From an uncultured Actinomycetota bacterium (GTDB lineage: Bacteria > Actinomycetota > Actinomycetes > S36-B12 > GCA-2699445), in assembly GCA_963766005.1 (NCBI GenBank), contig CAVXYG010000012.1, forward strand, positions 17,172 through 81,171: 64,000 nucleotides of DNA. Direction: 5' to 3'. Position numbers and translations under genes: made by a program. Numbering within the stretch: the stretch's first letter is position 1; each line of letters begins with the position of its first letter. Positions 7,635 through 17,987 of the stretch are shown here, one piece after another. The notes beneath the pieces are model-generated. The model was not told the origin of the DNA. It saw only the letters and a list, made by a program, of their open reading frames with translations, and did not search any database.

Positions 7635-8687
7635 TCACGATTGCTGCTCCTGGGCGGCCCGCTGCTCGCGCACCGAGGCCAGCGCGTCGGCGTCCGCGCC
7701 GGCATCCACCAGCCCATACCGCTCGATGTTGGCATCGGCGATCGACTGCAGCGCTGCCACTACCTCGGGCTCGCCCGGTTCGCCGAACAGGTGCGCGTAG
7801 CGCTTCTGCGGCCGCAGGTACTCCTCGACCGGTACTCGACGACGAATCTTGGACACCTCGGTGATCTCCCCGTACGCCGCCTCGAAGACCGGGAACAGCC
7901 CCGACTCCTTCGCCAACCGGGCCAGGCGCACGGTGTCGCGGCTGGCCGAGCCCCAGCCCAGCGGGCACGGCACCAGCACGTGCAGGTAGCGGGCCCCCCG
8001 CACCTGCATCGCCCGTGTCACCTTGTCCTCCAGGTCGCGCAGGTCGGCCACGGTGGCGGTGGCGACGTAGGGGATCTCGTGCGCCATGGCGATCCGCGGG
8101 AGGTTCTTGCCCTGGCCGAACACGTTCCCCGGATGCGCCCCGACGGCCTGCGTCGTCGTGGTGCGCGCCGCCGGCGGGGTGGCCCCGGAGCGCTGCACCC
8201 CGGTATTCATGTACGCCTCGTTGTCGTAGCAGATGTACAGCACATCGTCGTTGCGCTCGAACATCCCGGACAGCGCGCCCATGCCGATGTCGACGGTGCC
8301 GCCGTCCCCGCCCTGCGCCACGACGCGCACGTCATCGCGGCCCCGGGCCTTCAACGCCGCCGCGATCCCGGTCGCCACCGCCGGGGCGTTGCCGAATAGC
8401 GAATGCAGCCACGGCACCTGCCAGGAGGTCTCCGGGTACGGCGTGGAGAAGACTTCCAGGCATCCGGTGGCGTTGGCGACGATGAGCTGGCCGTCGCACG
8501 CACGCATCGCGGCATCGAGCGCGTAGCGCGCCCCGAGCGCCTCGCCGCAGCCCTGGCAGGCACGATGCCCGCTGGTGATGGCGTTCGGTCGGGCCGGATC
8601 GGACTGCGCGCTGAGCACCTCCAAGGGCAGCAGCCGGTTGCCCACGGCGAAGGAGCCGACTTGGTAGAACTTCAGCGCCGAACTCAT
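7635..8687 (-). CDS. 2-oxoacid (pyruvate-type):ferredoxin oxidoreductase, beta (TPP-binding) subunit
   Basis: ORF 7635..8687, 350 aa. CQGCGE Fe-S ligand motif and GGDGGTVDIGMGAL...YDNEAYMNTG TPP-binding motif. Confidence 0.9.
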   Translation of the reverse strand: MSSALKFYQVGSFAVGNRLLPLEVLSAQSDPARPNAITSGHRACQGCGEALGARYALDAAMRACDGQLIVANATGCLEVFSTPYPETSWQVPWLHSLFGNAPAVATGIAAALKARGRDDVRVVAQGGDGGTVDIGMGALSGMFERNDDVLYICYDNEAYMNTGVQRSGATPPAARTTTTQAVGAHPGNVFGQGKNLPRIAMAHEIPYVATATVADLRDLEDKVTRAMQVRGARYLHVLVPCPLGWGSASRDTVRLARLAKESGLFPVFEAAYGEITEVSKIRRRVPVEEYLRPQKRYAHLFGEPGEPEVVAALQSIADANIERYGLVDAGADADALASVREQRAAQEQQS

Positions 8688-9898
8688 CGCGGCCTCCGGT
8701 CGGTGGCCGCGGGGGTGACGGTGCTGCGGCCGGTGCGGGACATCTCCGCCTTCACCAGTTGCGTGTCGAGGTCGAGGAACAGCAGATCGGGCAGCGCCTC
8801 GGCATCGCGGAGTACTTTCAGCAGCGAGTCCTTCGTGATTGGCCGTCCGCCCAGTCCGGCGACCACCGTGTGGAGATTCGCCGTCGGGCCGAGCGCCGCA
8901 CGCACGTCCTGAGTGACGATGCCTCCGACCCCGACGCTGAACGCCTTCTCCAGCATGACGACGCGTCCTGCGCCGGCCAGAGCCTCGGCGACGGCGCGGT
9001 GCGGGAACGGTCGGAACGTCGTGATCCCCAGCACGCCGATCGGAACACCCTGCGCGCGCAGTTCGTCGACGGCGTCCTTGATGGTGCCCAGGACCGAACC
9101 GAGCGCAACGACGACCGTGCGCGCCCCGTCCAGCCGGTAGCCGCGGACCAGCCCTCCGGCGGTCCGGCCGAAGGAGGCTGCGAACTCCGCGGACAGGTCA
9201 GGGATCGTGCGCAGCGACAGCAGATGCCGCCGGTGCGCCAGGTAGCGCACCTCCGTGAACGCCTCCGGCCCGACCATGGCCCCGATGCTGACCGGGTCGG
9301 CCGGGTCGAGCACCTGGCGAGGCTCGAACGCCGGCAGGTACTCGTCCACGGACTCCTGCGGCGGCAGATCCACCTCCTCCATGGCGTGGGTGAGGATGAA
9401 CCCGTCCATGCAGACCATGACCGGCAGCGACAGGGACTCGGCGAGCCGGAACGCCTGGATGTGGAGGTCCGCGGCCTCCTGGTTGTCCTCGGCGTAGAGC
9501 TGGATCCACCCGGAGTCGCGCTGGCTCATCGCGTCGGAGTGGTCGTTCCAGATGTTGATCGGCGCACCGATGGCCCGGTTGGCGACGGTCATGACGATCG
9601 GCAGGCCGAGTCCGGAGGCGTTGTAGACCGCCTCGACCATGAAGAGCAGTCCCTGGGAGGCCGTGGCCGTGTACGCGCGGGCGCCCGTCGCGCTGGCCCC
9701 GATGGCCACCGACATCGCCGCGAACTCGCTCTCCACGTTGACGAACTCGCAGCCCGGCAACTCCCCGGATTTCACGATCCTCGACAGCGACTCCACGATG
9801 TGCGTCTGCGGCGAGATGGGGTAGGCGCAGATCACGTCCGGCCTGGCCAGGGCCACCGCCTGAGCCACGGCCTGGGAACCCTCGATCTGTCGCTTCAC
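8684..9898 (-). CDS. 2-oxoacid:ferredoxin oxidoreductase, alpha subunit
   Basis: ORF 8684..9898, 404 aa. PorA-like N-terminus GSQAVAQAVALARPDVICAYPISPQT...ESEFAAMS. 4-bp overlaps with both neighbouring genes. Confidence 0.9.
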   Translation of the reverse strand: MKRQIEGSQAVAQAVALARPDVICAYPISPQTHIVESLSRIVKSGELPGCEFVNVESEFAAMSVAIGASATGARAYTATASQGLLFMVEAVYNASGLGLPIVMTVANRAIGAPINIWNDHSDAMSQRDSGWIQLYAEDNQEAADLHIQAFRLAESLSLPVMVCMDGFILTHAMEEVDLPPQESVDEYLPAFEPRQVLDPADPVSIGAMVGPEAFTEVRYLAHRRHLLSLRTIPDLSAEFAASFGRTAGGLVRGYRLDGARTVVVALGSVLGTIKDAVDELRAQGVPIGVLGITTFRPFPHRAVAEALAGAGRVVMLEKAFSVGVGGIVTQDVRAALGPTANLHTVVAGLGGRPITKDSLLKVLRDAEALPDLLFLDLDTQLVKAEMSRTGRSTVTPAATDRRPR

Positions 9899-10479
9899 CT
9901 GACGTCCTCCAGGAATACCCGTTCCGCGGCGATGACGTCGTAGGCCTCACGGGCGCCGGCCGCGTTGCGCCGACCCGTATCGCCTCCGAAGCGCTGCCGG
10001 ATCGCGTCCAGCACGGCATCCAGGCTGACGAGATCGGTCATCGCTGCGAATCCCCCGAGCAGGGCCGCGTTGGGCACCGGCTTGCCCAGGCAGCGCTTCG
10101 CGATGTCGGTGGCGGCCACGGTCAGGAGGCGGTCCTGGCGGTGCTCGGCCGTGAGCCGGGCCAGCCCGAGCTCGGCAAAGGTCTTGGCGGTGTTCACCAG
10201 CACGTACCCCTGCGGCGGCAGTCCGGAGAACACATCGACCTGGTGCAGCAGGGTGGCGTCCTGGATGATCAACGCATCCGGGACCACGATCGGCTCCCTG
10301 GTGCGGATCGGATCGTCGCTGAATCTGCAGTAGGAGACCACCGGCGCCCCGGTGCGCTCGGAGCCGAAACTGGGGAACGCCTGCGCGTGGCGCCCCTCGG
10401 CGAAGGCGGCAGCGGCGAGCAGCTCCGCGGCGGTCACGACGCCCTGACCGCCCCGCCCATGGATACGGGTTGCAAACAC
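9895..10479 (-). CDS. 2-oxoacid:ferredoxin oxidoreductase, gamma subunit
   Basis: GTG 10479 preceded by GAGGAGG. 194 aa beginning VFATRIHGRGGQGVVTAAELLA (PorC pattern). The upstream part of ORF 9895..10854 is non-protein-like. Confidence 0.8.
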   Translation of the reverse strand: MFATRIHGRGGQGVVTAAELLAAAAFAEGRHAQAFPSFGSERTGAPVVSYCRFSDDPIRTREPIVVPDALIIQDATLLHQVDVFSGLPPQGYVLVNTAKTFAELGLARLTAEHRQDRLLTVAATDIAKRCLGKPVPNAALLGGFAAMTDLVSLDAVLDAIRQRFGGDTGRRNAAGAREAYDVIAAERVFLEDVR

Positions 10480-10612
10480 ATGGCCTCCTCGCCTCGACCG
10501 TACTCCTGGGGCGACCGCGCAGGACGGCTCAGGCTGCGGTTGCCTCGGCCCCGCCCTCGCCGCCCGTTCCGAGGCCCGGATGCCGGCTGCCAGTGCACTG
10601 CTCACCGACGAG

Positions 10613-10629
10613 GTTCGCCCCTGGCGTAG
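10613..10629. promoter_or_regulatory. imperfect palindrome GTTCGCC-N3-GGCGTAG, a possible ClgR-type operator upstream of clpC
   Basis: Read in sequence about 150 bp upstream of clpC. Resembles the GTTCGCC-N3-GGCGAAC type reported for actinobacterial ClgR, but the right half matches only 5 of 7 positions. Confidence 0.2.
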
Positions 10630-10777
10630 TCCGGGATGGAGACGGGCCGCTGCGGTGTTGGCAGGATGGACGGGTAGCACACCGGCTGGCCTGTTCGCCC
10701 AGACTGAACTTCGCGTGGCACTGTCGCGGGGGCGGGCTAGCATCGTGTCATTACCGGCCTGATGGACGGAGCGGGAG

Positions 10778-13279
10778 ATGTTCGAACGGTTTACCGACCG
10801 AGCGCGGCGGGTGGTCGTGCTGGCCCAAGAAGAGGCCCGCATGCTCAACCACAACTACATCGGTACCGAGCACATCCTGCTCGGGCTGATCCACGAGGGC
10901 GAGGGCGTCGCCGCCAAGGCCCTGGAGAGCCTCGGCATCTCCTTGGAGGCGGTGCGCCAGCAGGTGGAGGAGATCATCGGCCAGGGGCAACAGGCACCCA
11001 GCGGCCACATCCCCTTCACCCCGCGGGCGAAGAAGGTCCTGGAGCTCTCGCTGCGCGAGGCGCTGCAGCTCGGCCACAACTACATCGGCACCGAGCACAT
11101 CCTGCTCGGGCTCATCCGCGAGGGCGAGGGCGTCGCGGCGCAGGTGCTGGTGAAGCTGGGCGCCGACCTGGGCCGGGTGCGCCAGCAGGTCAACTCGCTG
11201 CTGTCCGGCTACCAGGGCAAGGAGCCGGCGAACGCGGGTGGCCCCGCGGAGGGCACGCAGAGCGGCTCCCTCGTGCTCGACCAATTCGGCCGCAATCTGA
11301 CGCAGGCGGCGCGGGAGGGCAAACTCGACCCGGTCATCGGCCGGGAGAAGGAGCTCGAGCGCGTCATGCAGGTGCTGTCGCGGCGCACGAAGAACAACCC
11401 GGTGCTCATCGGCGAGCCCGGGGTGGGCAAGACCGCGGTCGTGGAGTCGATGGCCCAGAAGATCGTCGCCGGCGACGTCCCCGACACCCTGCGCGACAAG
11501 CAGCTGTACACCCTCGACCTCGGTGCACTGGTCGCGGGCAGCCGCTACCGCGGCGACTTCGAGGAGCGGCTGAAGAAGGTGCTCAAGGAGATCCGCACCC
11601 GCGGCGACATCATCCTGTTCATCGACGAGATGCACACGCTGGTCGGCGCCGGTGCCGCTGAAGGCGCGATCGACGCAGCGAGCATCCTGAAGCCCATGCT
11701 GGCCCGCGGCGAGTTGCAGACCATCGGTGCCACGACGCTGGACGAGTACCGCAAGTACGTCGAGAAGGACGCCGCCCTGGAGCGCCGGTTCGCCCCGGTG
11801 CAGGTGCAGGCGCCCGATGTCCCGATGACGGTGGAGATCCTCAAGGGGCTGCGCGATCGGTACGAGAGCCATCACAAGGTGACGATCACCGACGAGGCGC
11901 TGGCCGCCGCCGCGCGCTTGTCCGACCGCTACATCTCCGACCGGCAGCTGCCGGACAAGGCCATCGACCTGATCGACGAGGCCGGGTCCCGGCTGCGGAT
12001 CCGCCGGATGACCGCGCCACCGGATCTGCGGGAATTCGACGACCGGATCGCGATGGTCCGCAAGGAGAAGGAATCGGCGATCGACGCCCAGGACTTCGAG
12101 AAGGCCGCGTCGCTGCGGGATAACGAGAAGCAGCTCATCGCGGAGAAGAACACCCGCGAGCGCGAGTGGAAGTCCGGCGACATGGATGTCATCGCCGAGG
12201 TGGACGACAAGCTCGTCGGCGAGGTGCTGGCCCTGATGACCGGCATCCCGGTCACCGACCTCTCGGAGGACGACGCCAAGCGGCTGCTCAACATGGAGGG
12301 CGAGCTGCACAAGCGCGTCATCGGGCAGGAGCAGGCGATCAAGGCGCTGTCCCGCTCGATCCGGCGCACGCGCGCCGGGTTGAAGGATCCGCGGCGGCCG
12401 TCGGGGTCGTTCATCTTCGCCGGCCCCTCGGGCGTCGGCAAGACCGAGTTGTCCAAGACCCTGGCCGAGTTCCTGTTCGGCGACCAGGATGCGCTCATCT
12501 CGCTGGACATGAGCGAGTACTCCGAGAAGCACACAGCGTCGCGGCTGTTCGGCTCCCCGCCCGGCTACGTCGGCTACGAAGAGGGCGGTCAGTTGACGGA
12601 GAAGGTGCGACGGCGGCCGTTCTCAGTGGTGCTCTTCGACGAGATCGAGAAGGCCCACCCGGACATCTTCAACAGCTTGCTGCAGGTACTGGAGGAAGGG
12701 CGGCTGACCGACGCCCAGGGTCGTGCGGTGGACTTCAAGAACACCGTCATCATCATGACGACCAACCTGGGCAGCCGGGATGTCAGCAAGAGCTTCAGCA
12801 TGGGCTTCACGACCGGGGACAACGAGGCGGACGCCTACGACCGGATGAAGGCGAAGGTCCAGGCCGAGTTGAAGCAGAGTTTCCGCCCGGAGTTCCTCAA
12901 CCGCATCGACGACGTCATCGTGTTCCACCAGTTGACGCGCAACGAGATCGTCGAGATCGTCGATCTCATGGCTGCCGACCTGGATACGCGGCTCGCGGAG
13001 CGGGACCTGTCGATCGAGTTCACCAAGCCGGCAAAGGAGTACCTCGCGGATCAGGGCTACGACCCGGTCATGGGTGCCCGACCGCTGCGCCGGACGATCC
13101 AATCGCAAGTGGAGGACCTGCTCAGCGAGAAGATCCTGTTCGGCGAGATCCAGTCGGGCTCAATCGTCCTGGTGGACGTCGAGGGCAGCGGGGACGACGC
13201 CAAGCTCTCCTTCACGTCAACACCCAAGGCCGAGCTGCCGGATGCTCCTCCGGTGGAGCACACGGCGGACTCGGACTGA
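10778..13279 (+). CDS. clpC: ATP-dependent Clp protease ATP-binding subunit ClpC
   Basis: ORF 10778..13279, 833 aa. [21 protein letters not shown]... double Clp_N repeat, two Walker A sites ([16 protein letters not shown]), UVR-like linker. Confidence 0.97.
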   Translation: MFERFTDRARRVVVLAQEEARMLNHNYIGTEHILLGLIHEGEGVAAKALESLGISLEAVRQQVEEIIGQGQQAPSGHIPFTPRAKKVLELSLREALQLGHNYIGTEHILLGLIREGEGVAAQVLVKLGADLGRVRQQVNSLLSGYQGKEPANAGGPAEGTQSGSLVLDQFGRNLTQAAREGKLDPVIGREKELERVMQVLSRRTKNNPVLIGEPGVGKTAVVESMAQKIVAGDVPDTLRDKQLYTLDLGALVAGSRYRGDFEERLKKVLKEIRTRGDIILFIDEMHTLVGAGAAEGAIDAASILKPMLARGELQTIGATTLDEYRKYVEKDAALERRFAPVQVQAPDVPMTVEILKGLRDRYESHHKVTITDEALAAAARLSDRYISDRQLPDKAIDLIDEAGSRLRIRRMTAPPDLREFDDRIAMVRKEKESAIDAQDFEKAASLRDNEKQLIAEKNTREREWKSGDMDVIAEVDDKLVGEVLALMTGIPVTDLSEDDAKRLLNMEGELHKRVIGQEQAIKALSRSIRRTRAGLKDPRRPSGSFIFAGPSGVGKTELSKTLAEFLFGDQDALISLDMSEYSEKHTASRLFGSPPGYVGYEEGGQLTEKVRRRPFSVVLFDEIEKAHPDIFNSLLQVLEEGRLTDAQGRAVDFKNTVIIMTTNLGSRDVSKSFSMGFTTGDNEADAYDRMKAKVQAELKQSFRPEFLNRIDDVIVFHQLTRNEIVEIVDLMAADLDTRLAERDLSIEFTKPAKEYLADQGYDPVMGARPLRRTIQSQVEDLLSEKILFGEIQSGSIVLVDVEGSGDDAKLSFTSTPKAELPDAPPVEHTADSD

Positions 13280-13296
13280 CCCACCGCGACACGAGC

Positions 13297-13336
13297 CACT
13301 GCGCGGCGGCCAGCACAGGCTGGTCGTCGCGCAGTG
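13297..13336 (+). terminator. hairpin downstream of clpC
   Basis: CACTGCGCG (13297-13305) pairs with CGCGCAGTG (13328-13336), with an inner CCAGC/GCTGG stem. Begins 18 nt after the clpC stop. No U-tract. Confidence 0.45.
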
Positions 13337-13529
13337 CCGTTCGGGACCGCACGACATGGACTCGGCGCTGTGCCCGACTTCGCCGCAGGGCGCGGGTAGG
13401 GTGTCCGCAATGCTGCAGATCGAGATCGACGAGAAGCCCGGTATCCCGCCACCTGCGGCCTACCGGACCGATCGGCTGCGGGCCGGGACTGCCAGGCTCC
13501 CAGAGCAGCGCCCATCGGCGCCGGTCCGG

Positions 13530-14456
13530 TCACGGGAGATCGATGAGTCCGCCCTTGCGCCGGAGCAGCCCGTCGGCCAGGAGTGACGCCAGCGCCCGCT
13601 CCGCCTGGTCCGGCGCATCTGGGTCGAGCGCGCGCCGCTCCACCCAGAGCGCGAGCAGGCGTGCCTCGTGCTGCGGCCCGTGGGCTGCAGCACGCAGCAG
13701 CACACCCCGCGCCTGCCGGTCACTACCTTCGAAGGGCTGTCGCCGCGTGGGCGCCGGGCTGACCGGATGGCCTGCTGCCCGCCATCGACAGGACAGCTGC
13801 AGTGGACACCGTTCGCACGACGGGCTCCGAGCCGTGCACACCAGCGCGCCAAGTTCCATGACGGCGACGCTGAACGTCGGCGCGAGCCCATCTCCGGGCA
13901 GCAGGTCGTCGGCCCTGCTGCGCTCGGCGTGCGTGATCGAGGATGAGGCCGGCGCACCCCGACCCGCAAGCCACCGCTCCTGCACCCGCCGCACGTTCGT
14001 GTCCAGGACCGGCACCGACCTGCCGAAGGCGAAGGCGAGCACCGCGGCGGCGGTGTACTCGCCGATTCCCGGCAGCTCCCGCAGAGCGTCAGCGCGGTCC
14101 GGTACCGAGCCGTTGTGCTCCTCGACGATCGCCCGGGCGGCCGCGTGCAGCCGCATCGCCCGCCGCGGATAGCCCATGCCCTGCCACGCTCGGATGATCT
14201 CGGCGACGGGGGCGGCCGCGAGTCTGGCCGGTGCGGGCCAGCGCTCCATCCACTCGCGCCAGACCGGCTCGACGCGGGAGACCTGCGTCTGCTGCAGCAT
14301 CACCTCGCTGACCAGCACACCCCAGGGCGACCGGTCAGCGTCGCGCCACGGCAGTGATCGGGCATTGGCGGCGTACCAGTCCAGGATCCGACCGACGTCC
14401 TGCGCAGTGCTGATGTCGATACCCTCCGTGTCGTGGACGGGGCTGGTGTTCGGCAC
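13530..14456 (-). CDS. mutY: A/G-specific adenine DNA glycosylase
   Basis: GTG 14456 in ORF 13530..14936, 308 aa. LPWR...PWGVLVSEVMLQQTQV, HhH-GPD region LPGIGEYTAAAV, Fe-S cluster loop C-X6-C-X2-C-X5-C (CTARSPSCERCPLQLSC). The start position is uncertain. Confidence 0.85.
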   Translation of the reverse strand: MPNTSPVHDTEGIDISTAQDVGRILDWYAANARSLPWRDADRSPWGVLVSEVMLQQTQVSRVEPVWREWMERWPAPARLAAAPVAEIIRAWQGMGYPRRAMRLHAAARAIVEEHNGSVPDRADALRELPGIGEYTAAAVLAFAFGRSVPVLDTNVRRVQERWLAGRGAPASSSITHAERSRADDLLPGDGLAPTFSVAVMELGALVCTARSPSCERCPLQLSCRWRAAGHPVSPAPTRRQPFEGSDRQARGVLLRAAAHGPQHEARLLALWVERRALDPDAPDQAERALASLLADGLLRRKGGLIDLP

Positions 14457-14471
14457 AGTTACCGTTATGCC

Positions 14472-15149
14472 ATGAGTTCCGTGCTGCGCCCGCGGGGGCC
14501 TCAGAAGGCGGCGGTCTACTGGCGGCGCCGTGCGGTGGCCCTCGCTGCCGTGATCATCGTCCCGATCCTCGCCGGCTTCCTGCTGTTCGGCGGAGGATCT
14601 TCTCAGCCGGAGACCGCTGCGGCGCCAGCCGATCCTGAGCCATCGGCCAGCGGCGCCCCTGGCGAGGTGGATGACGGTGAGACTGGGGGTCCCACGCCGA
14701 GCCCGCAGTCTGGTCCGGATGACGCGGAGACGCAGGTGCAGGGCAGCGAACCGCCCGAACCCCCGGCGTGCGAGGACTCGGCGGTCGCGGTCGCGGTGTC
14801 CGTGGACCAGGAGGCCTACTCCGCGGGCGCGAATCCGCAGATCGTCATGACGATCACGAATACCTCCAGCGAGGAGTGCGTGCGCGACATCGGCTCCGGC
14901 GCCAACGAGGTCGTGATCTCCAGCGGCGGCCATCACGCGTGGTCCAGCGATGACTGCGATCCGAGCCAGGCCAGCAGCGAGCAGGTGCTGCCCGCCGGCG
15001 TCGATGCCTCGGTCACCCTCTCCTGGGAGCGCAAGTTGAGCGCCCCCGGCTGCACGGGACCGGGCAGCGCGGCGCAGGCCGGCACCTACCAGGTCGAAGG
15101 GCGCAACGGCACCGTGGTGTCAGAACCGGTGCGCTTCGTCCTGCAGTAG
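14472..15149 (+). CDS. membrane-anchored secreted protein with a Cys-containing beta-rich domain (DUF4232-like)
   Basis: ATG 14472 in ORF 14433..15149, 225 aa. Basic N-terminus, TM helix AVALAAVIIVPILAGFLLF, low-complexity linker, then a 4-Cys globular region. The family call is tentative. Confidence 0.55.
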   Translation: MSSVLRPRGPQKAAVYWRRRAVALAAVIIVPILAGFLLFGGGSSQPETAAAPADPEPSASGAPGEVDDGETGGPTPSPQSGPDDAETQVQGSEPPEPPACEDSAVAVAVSVDQEAYSAGANPQIVMTITNTSSEECVRDIGSGANEVVISSGGHHAWSSDDCDPSQASSEQVLPAGVDASVTLSWERKLSAPGCTGPGSAAQAGTYQVEGRNGTVVSEPVRFVLQ

Positions 15150-16691
15150 GTCCTCGTCCACCGCTGACGAGTCCGGCAGCGTGATCACCGTGCTGCCGAT
15201 GTCCTCGCGAAACCCGTCCACGTCGGCGCGCCCGGTTGCCCGGCCGGCCAGCGGACCACGCCCGGCCAGCACCACCGGCCGAGTGGCGGAGTGCCGAGAC
15301 CAGAGCCGCCCCATCGCCCGCAGCGCCTCTGTCAGCGAAGCAGCCGGTACGACTTCGAGCCCGGCCACGGCAGGGGTCGGCGTACCGCCGGTACCCGCCG
15401 GGACGATGGCACAGGTGAAGCCCAGCCGCGCGGCCTCGCGCAGTCGGCGCTCCACGGCGGGGACGCTGCGGATGTCCCCCGCCAGGCCGATTTCGCCGAG
15501 CACGACCAGTCCGAGGGGGGCCGCGCTTTCGCTGGTGGCCGTCGCCAGCGCCAGCGCGACGGCGAGGTCGGCGGCAGGCTCCTGGATCCGGACCCCGCCG
15601 ATGGTGGCCGCGAAGATGTCGGCCAGCCCCAATCGAATCTGGGCCCGACGCTCCAGCACCGCGGCAATCATCGCGACGCGGCTGGAGTCGAGGCCCGAGG
15701 TCGTACGACGGGCGGTCGGCGAGCCGGTGTTCGCGACGAGGGCCTGGACCTCGGCCAGCAGGGGCCGACGGCCCTCGAGCGTCACGGTGACCGCCGTGCC
15801 CGGGGTGGGTGCGCTGCGGTTGGTGACGAAGACCCCGCTCGGGTCGGTGATCTCAGCGATGCCTGCGTCGTTCAGCTCGAAGCAGCCCACTTCGTCCACC
15901 GCGCCGAACCGGTTCTTCACCGCCCGCAGCATCCGCAGCGAGGCATGCCGATCGCCCTCGAAGGTCAGGACCACATCGACGATGTGCTCCATGGTGCGCG
16001 GCCCGGCCACGGCCCCGTCCTTGGTCACATGGCCGACCAGCACGGCGGCCCGGCCCTGCGCCTTGGCGATGTGAGTCAGCGCGCCGGTGACGGTGCGCAC
16101 CTGGGCGACGCCGCCGGCCAGACCGTCGACAACGTCGGTGGACACCGTCTGCACCGAATCGACGATGAAGACATCGGGCTCGATGGCATCGATTTGCGCC
16201 ACGACCGACGCGAGGTCGGTCTCGGCCGCGAGGAACAGCGTCGGCGCCAGCGCCGCCATGCGCTCGGCCCGCAGCCGCACCTGCCCCGTCGACTCCTCGC
16301 CACTGAGATACAGCACCTGCAGCCCCTGCTCCGCCAACCGTGCGGCCATATGCAGCAGGAGCGTGGATTTGCCGACGCCCGGCTCCCCGGCCAGCAGGAT
16401 GACCGCGTCGCTGACCAGGCCCCCGCCGAGCACCCTGTCCAGTTCACCGATGCCGGTGCCGCGCCGGTGGGTGCGGCTGGCGGAGACCTCGGCGATCGGA
16501 ACCGCACGGGCTCGCGCCGGACCTGCAGCAGCCGCGCGCGCCAGCGCTGAGCCGACGGCTGCGCCGCCGATCTCCTCGACGGTGCCCCAGGTCTGGCACT
16601 CGCCGCACCGACCCACCCACTTCGCCGACGTCCAGCCGCACTCGCGGCAGCGGTGGTTCGCCCGCTCTCCGGGAGCCTTCTTCGTCGCCAT
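15120..16691 (-). CDS. radA: DNA repair protein RadA/Sms
   Basis: ATG 16691 (MATKKAPGERANHRCRECGW..CGECQTWG zinc ribbon). Walker A GEPGVGKST, KNRFG motif, Lon-like C-domain. Has about 60 extra C-terminal residues. Confidence 0.92.
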   Translation of the reverse strand: MATKKAPGERANHRCRECGWTSAKWVGRCGECQTWGTVEEIGGAAVGSALARAAAAGPARARAVPIAEVSASRTHRRGTGIGELDRVLGGGLVSDAVILLAGEPGVGKSTLLLHMAARLAEQGLQVLYLSGEESTGQVRLRAERMAALAPTLFLAAETDLASVVAQIDAIEPDVFIVDSVQTVSTDVVDGLAGGVAQVRTVTGALTHIAKAQGRAAVLVGHVTKDGAVAGPRTMEHIVDVVLTFEGDRHASLRMLRAVKNRFGAVDEVGCFELNDAGIAEITDPSGVFVTNRSAPTPGTAVTVTLEGRRPLLAEVQALVANTGSPTARRTTSGLDSSRVAMIAAVLERRAQIRLGLADIFAATIGGVRIQEPAADLAVALALATATSESAAPLGLVVLGEIGLAGDIRSVPAVERRLREAARLGFTCAIVPAGTGGTPTPAVAGLEVVPAASLTEALRAMGRLWSRHSATRPVVLAGRGPLAGRATGRADVDGFREDIGSTVITLPDSSAVDEDLLQDEAHRF

Positions 16692-16701
16692 GTGACGGAC
16701 T

Positions 16702-17559
16702 CTACGAGGGGGGTGCGGCAACGGTGGCCGGATGCACGGTGAGCAGTGGAAGCTGCCGCGACCGACGCAGGTCCAGGGATTCCTCGTGCGCCGCGCAGTG
16801 CTCGGCCAGCACCCCTGCGGCCGCCGGGCCGATGAGTTCGGTGATCTCGGCCATCGCCGTGCGGTAGACCGGTTCGGTTGCCGTGTGCGCCTCGGTGTTC
16901 GCGCTGCAGTACCAGTCGAACTCGTGACCGCCTTCGCCCCAGCCGGCCCGGGTGTACTCCGTCAGCGTGATGACCAGTTGCTGCGTGCCGTCGCGCTCCC
17001 CTCGCCAGTCGTACTCCCGGCGCAGCGGCAGTTGCCAACAGACATCAGGCTTGGTCTGCACGAACGGCACGCCCTCGCGCTCAGCCAGGTGGTGCAGGGC
17101 GCAGCCGTACCCGCCGGGGAAATCGGGGCCGTTGAAGAAGATGCAGACCCCGTCGACCACCCGGGTCTTCTCCGCCCCGTCCTCGTCCCGCTCGACGATG
17201 CCCTCGGCGCGACCCGCCGCGCGCTGCTGCCAGGTGGCCGCCGTCAGCTTGCGAGACCAGCGCAGGACCCGCTTGCGGTCGGCGGCGTCGCTGAAGTGCG
17301 CGCCGTGCGTGCAGCATCCGTCGTGCGGGCGCCCGGCGTAGACGCCGGGACAGCCGTCGCCGAAGATGCAGTGCCAGCGGGAGGTGAGCCAGGTCAGGTC
17401 GGCGCGGATCAGTTGCTCGTCGTTGTCCGGGTCGACGAACTCCACCCACGCCCTGGGGAACGTTCCCTCGACCTCCGCCACCGGGCCAGCGTAGTCGGTG
17501 TACCGCGCCTCGCAGATGCGGACCTTCGGGTCCTCGATGCCGGGACCAGGCCCGGGCAT
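16702..17559 (-). CDS. conserved Cys-rich hypothetical protein
   Basis: ATG 17559 in ORF 16702..17868, 285 aa. Strong GC3 bias. Several Cys/His clusters (HCIFGDGCPG, DGCCTHGAH, GVCIFF...GCALHH). Family not recognised with confidence. Confidence 0.6.
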   Translation of the reverse strand: MPGPGPGIEDPKVRICEARYTDYAGPVAEVEGTFPRAWVEFVDPDNDEQLIRADLTWLTSRWHCIFGDGCPGVYAGRPHDGCCTHGAHFSDAADRKRVLRWSRKLTAATWQQRAAGRAEGIVERDEDGAEKTRVVDGVCIFFNGPDFPGGYGCALHHLAEREGVPFVQTKPDVCWQLPLRREYDWRGERDGTQQLVITLTEYTRAGWGEGGHEFDWYCSANTEAHTATEPVYRTAMAEITELIGPAAAGVLAEHCAAHEESLDLRRSRQLPLLTVHPATVAAPPS

Positions 17560-17987
17560 CTTCCCCTCGTGCAGCGAGCACGACGGCTGCTCGGCCGCCC
17601 GCCGGGTCTCGCTCGACACGGCTGCGGCCGGCCGAGCAGCTGGTCCACCACCACGACGGAGCGGTAGCCGGCCCGGATATCCGGCACGGGTCGAGTGGCC
17701 CGTCCGAGCGAACCGCACGTGCTCTTGTCCGGGGGGCTGCCGCACTGGGGTGCCGCTCTTGACCGAGACCGCCTCGCTGAGCGATGGGCCGGCCGGGGTA
17801 GGTAACGCCTGCCCCCGGCGGGTCCTGGTGCGGTCGTGTTGCCGAGGCCCTGGACCTCCGAGACGCACCGAGCGTGCGGGTGTGCCGAGGGGTGCGACGG
17901 GAGGGCGCAGGACGGTCTGCTCGATTCGTGGCTGACGTCACCCGCCCCCTACGCTGGTGGCGTGCTTGGATCAGCAGTAGGGGGGTG

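Noticed and set aside
10751-12532. 593-aa minus-strand ORF and the other long ORFs overlapping clpC.
   Set aside because: They are antisense to an unambiguous ClpC gene and are not protein-like.
15120-15300. A roughly 60-aa C-terminal extension of RadA, overlapping the convergent gene by 30 nt.
   Set aside because: It is GC3-biased and in frame, so it is probably just a lineage-specific tail. There is no independent feature to report.
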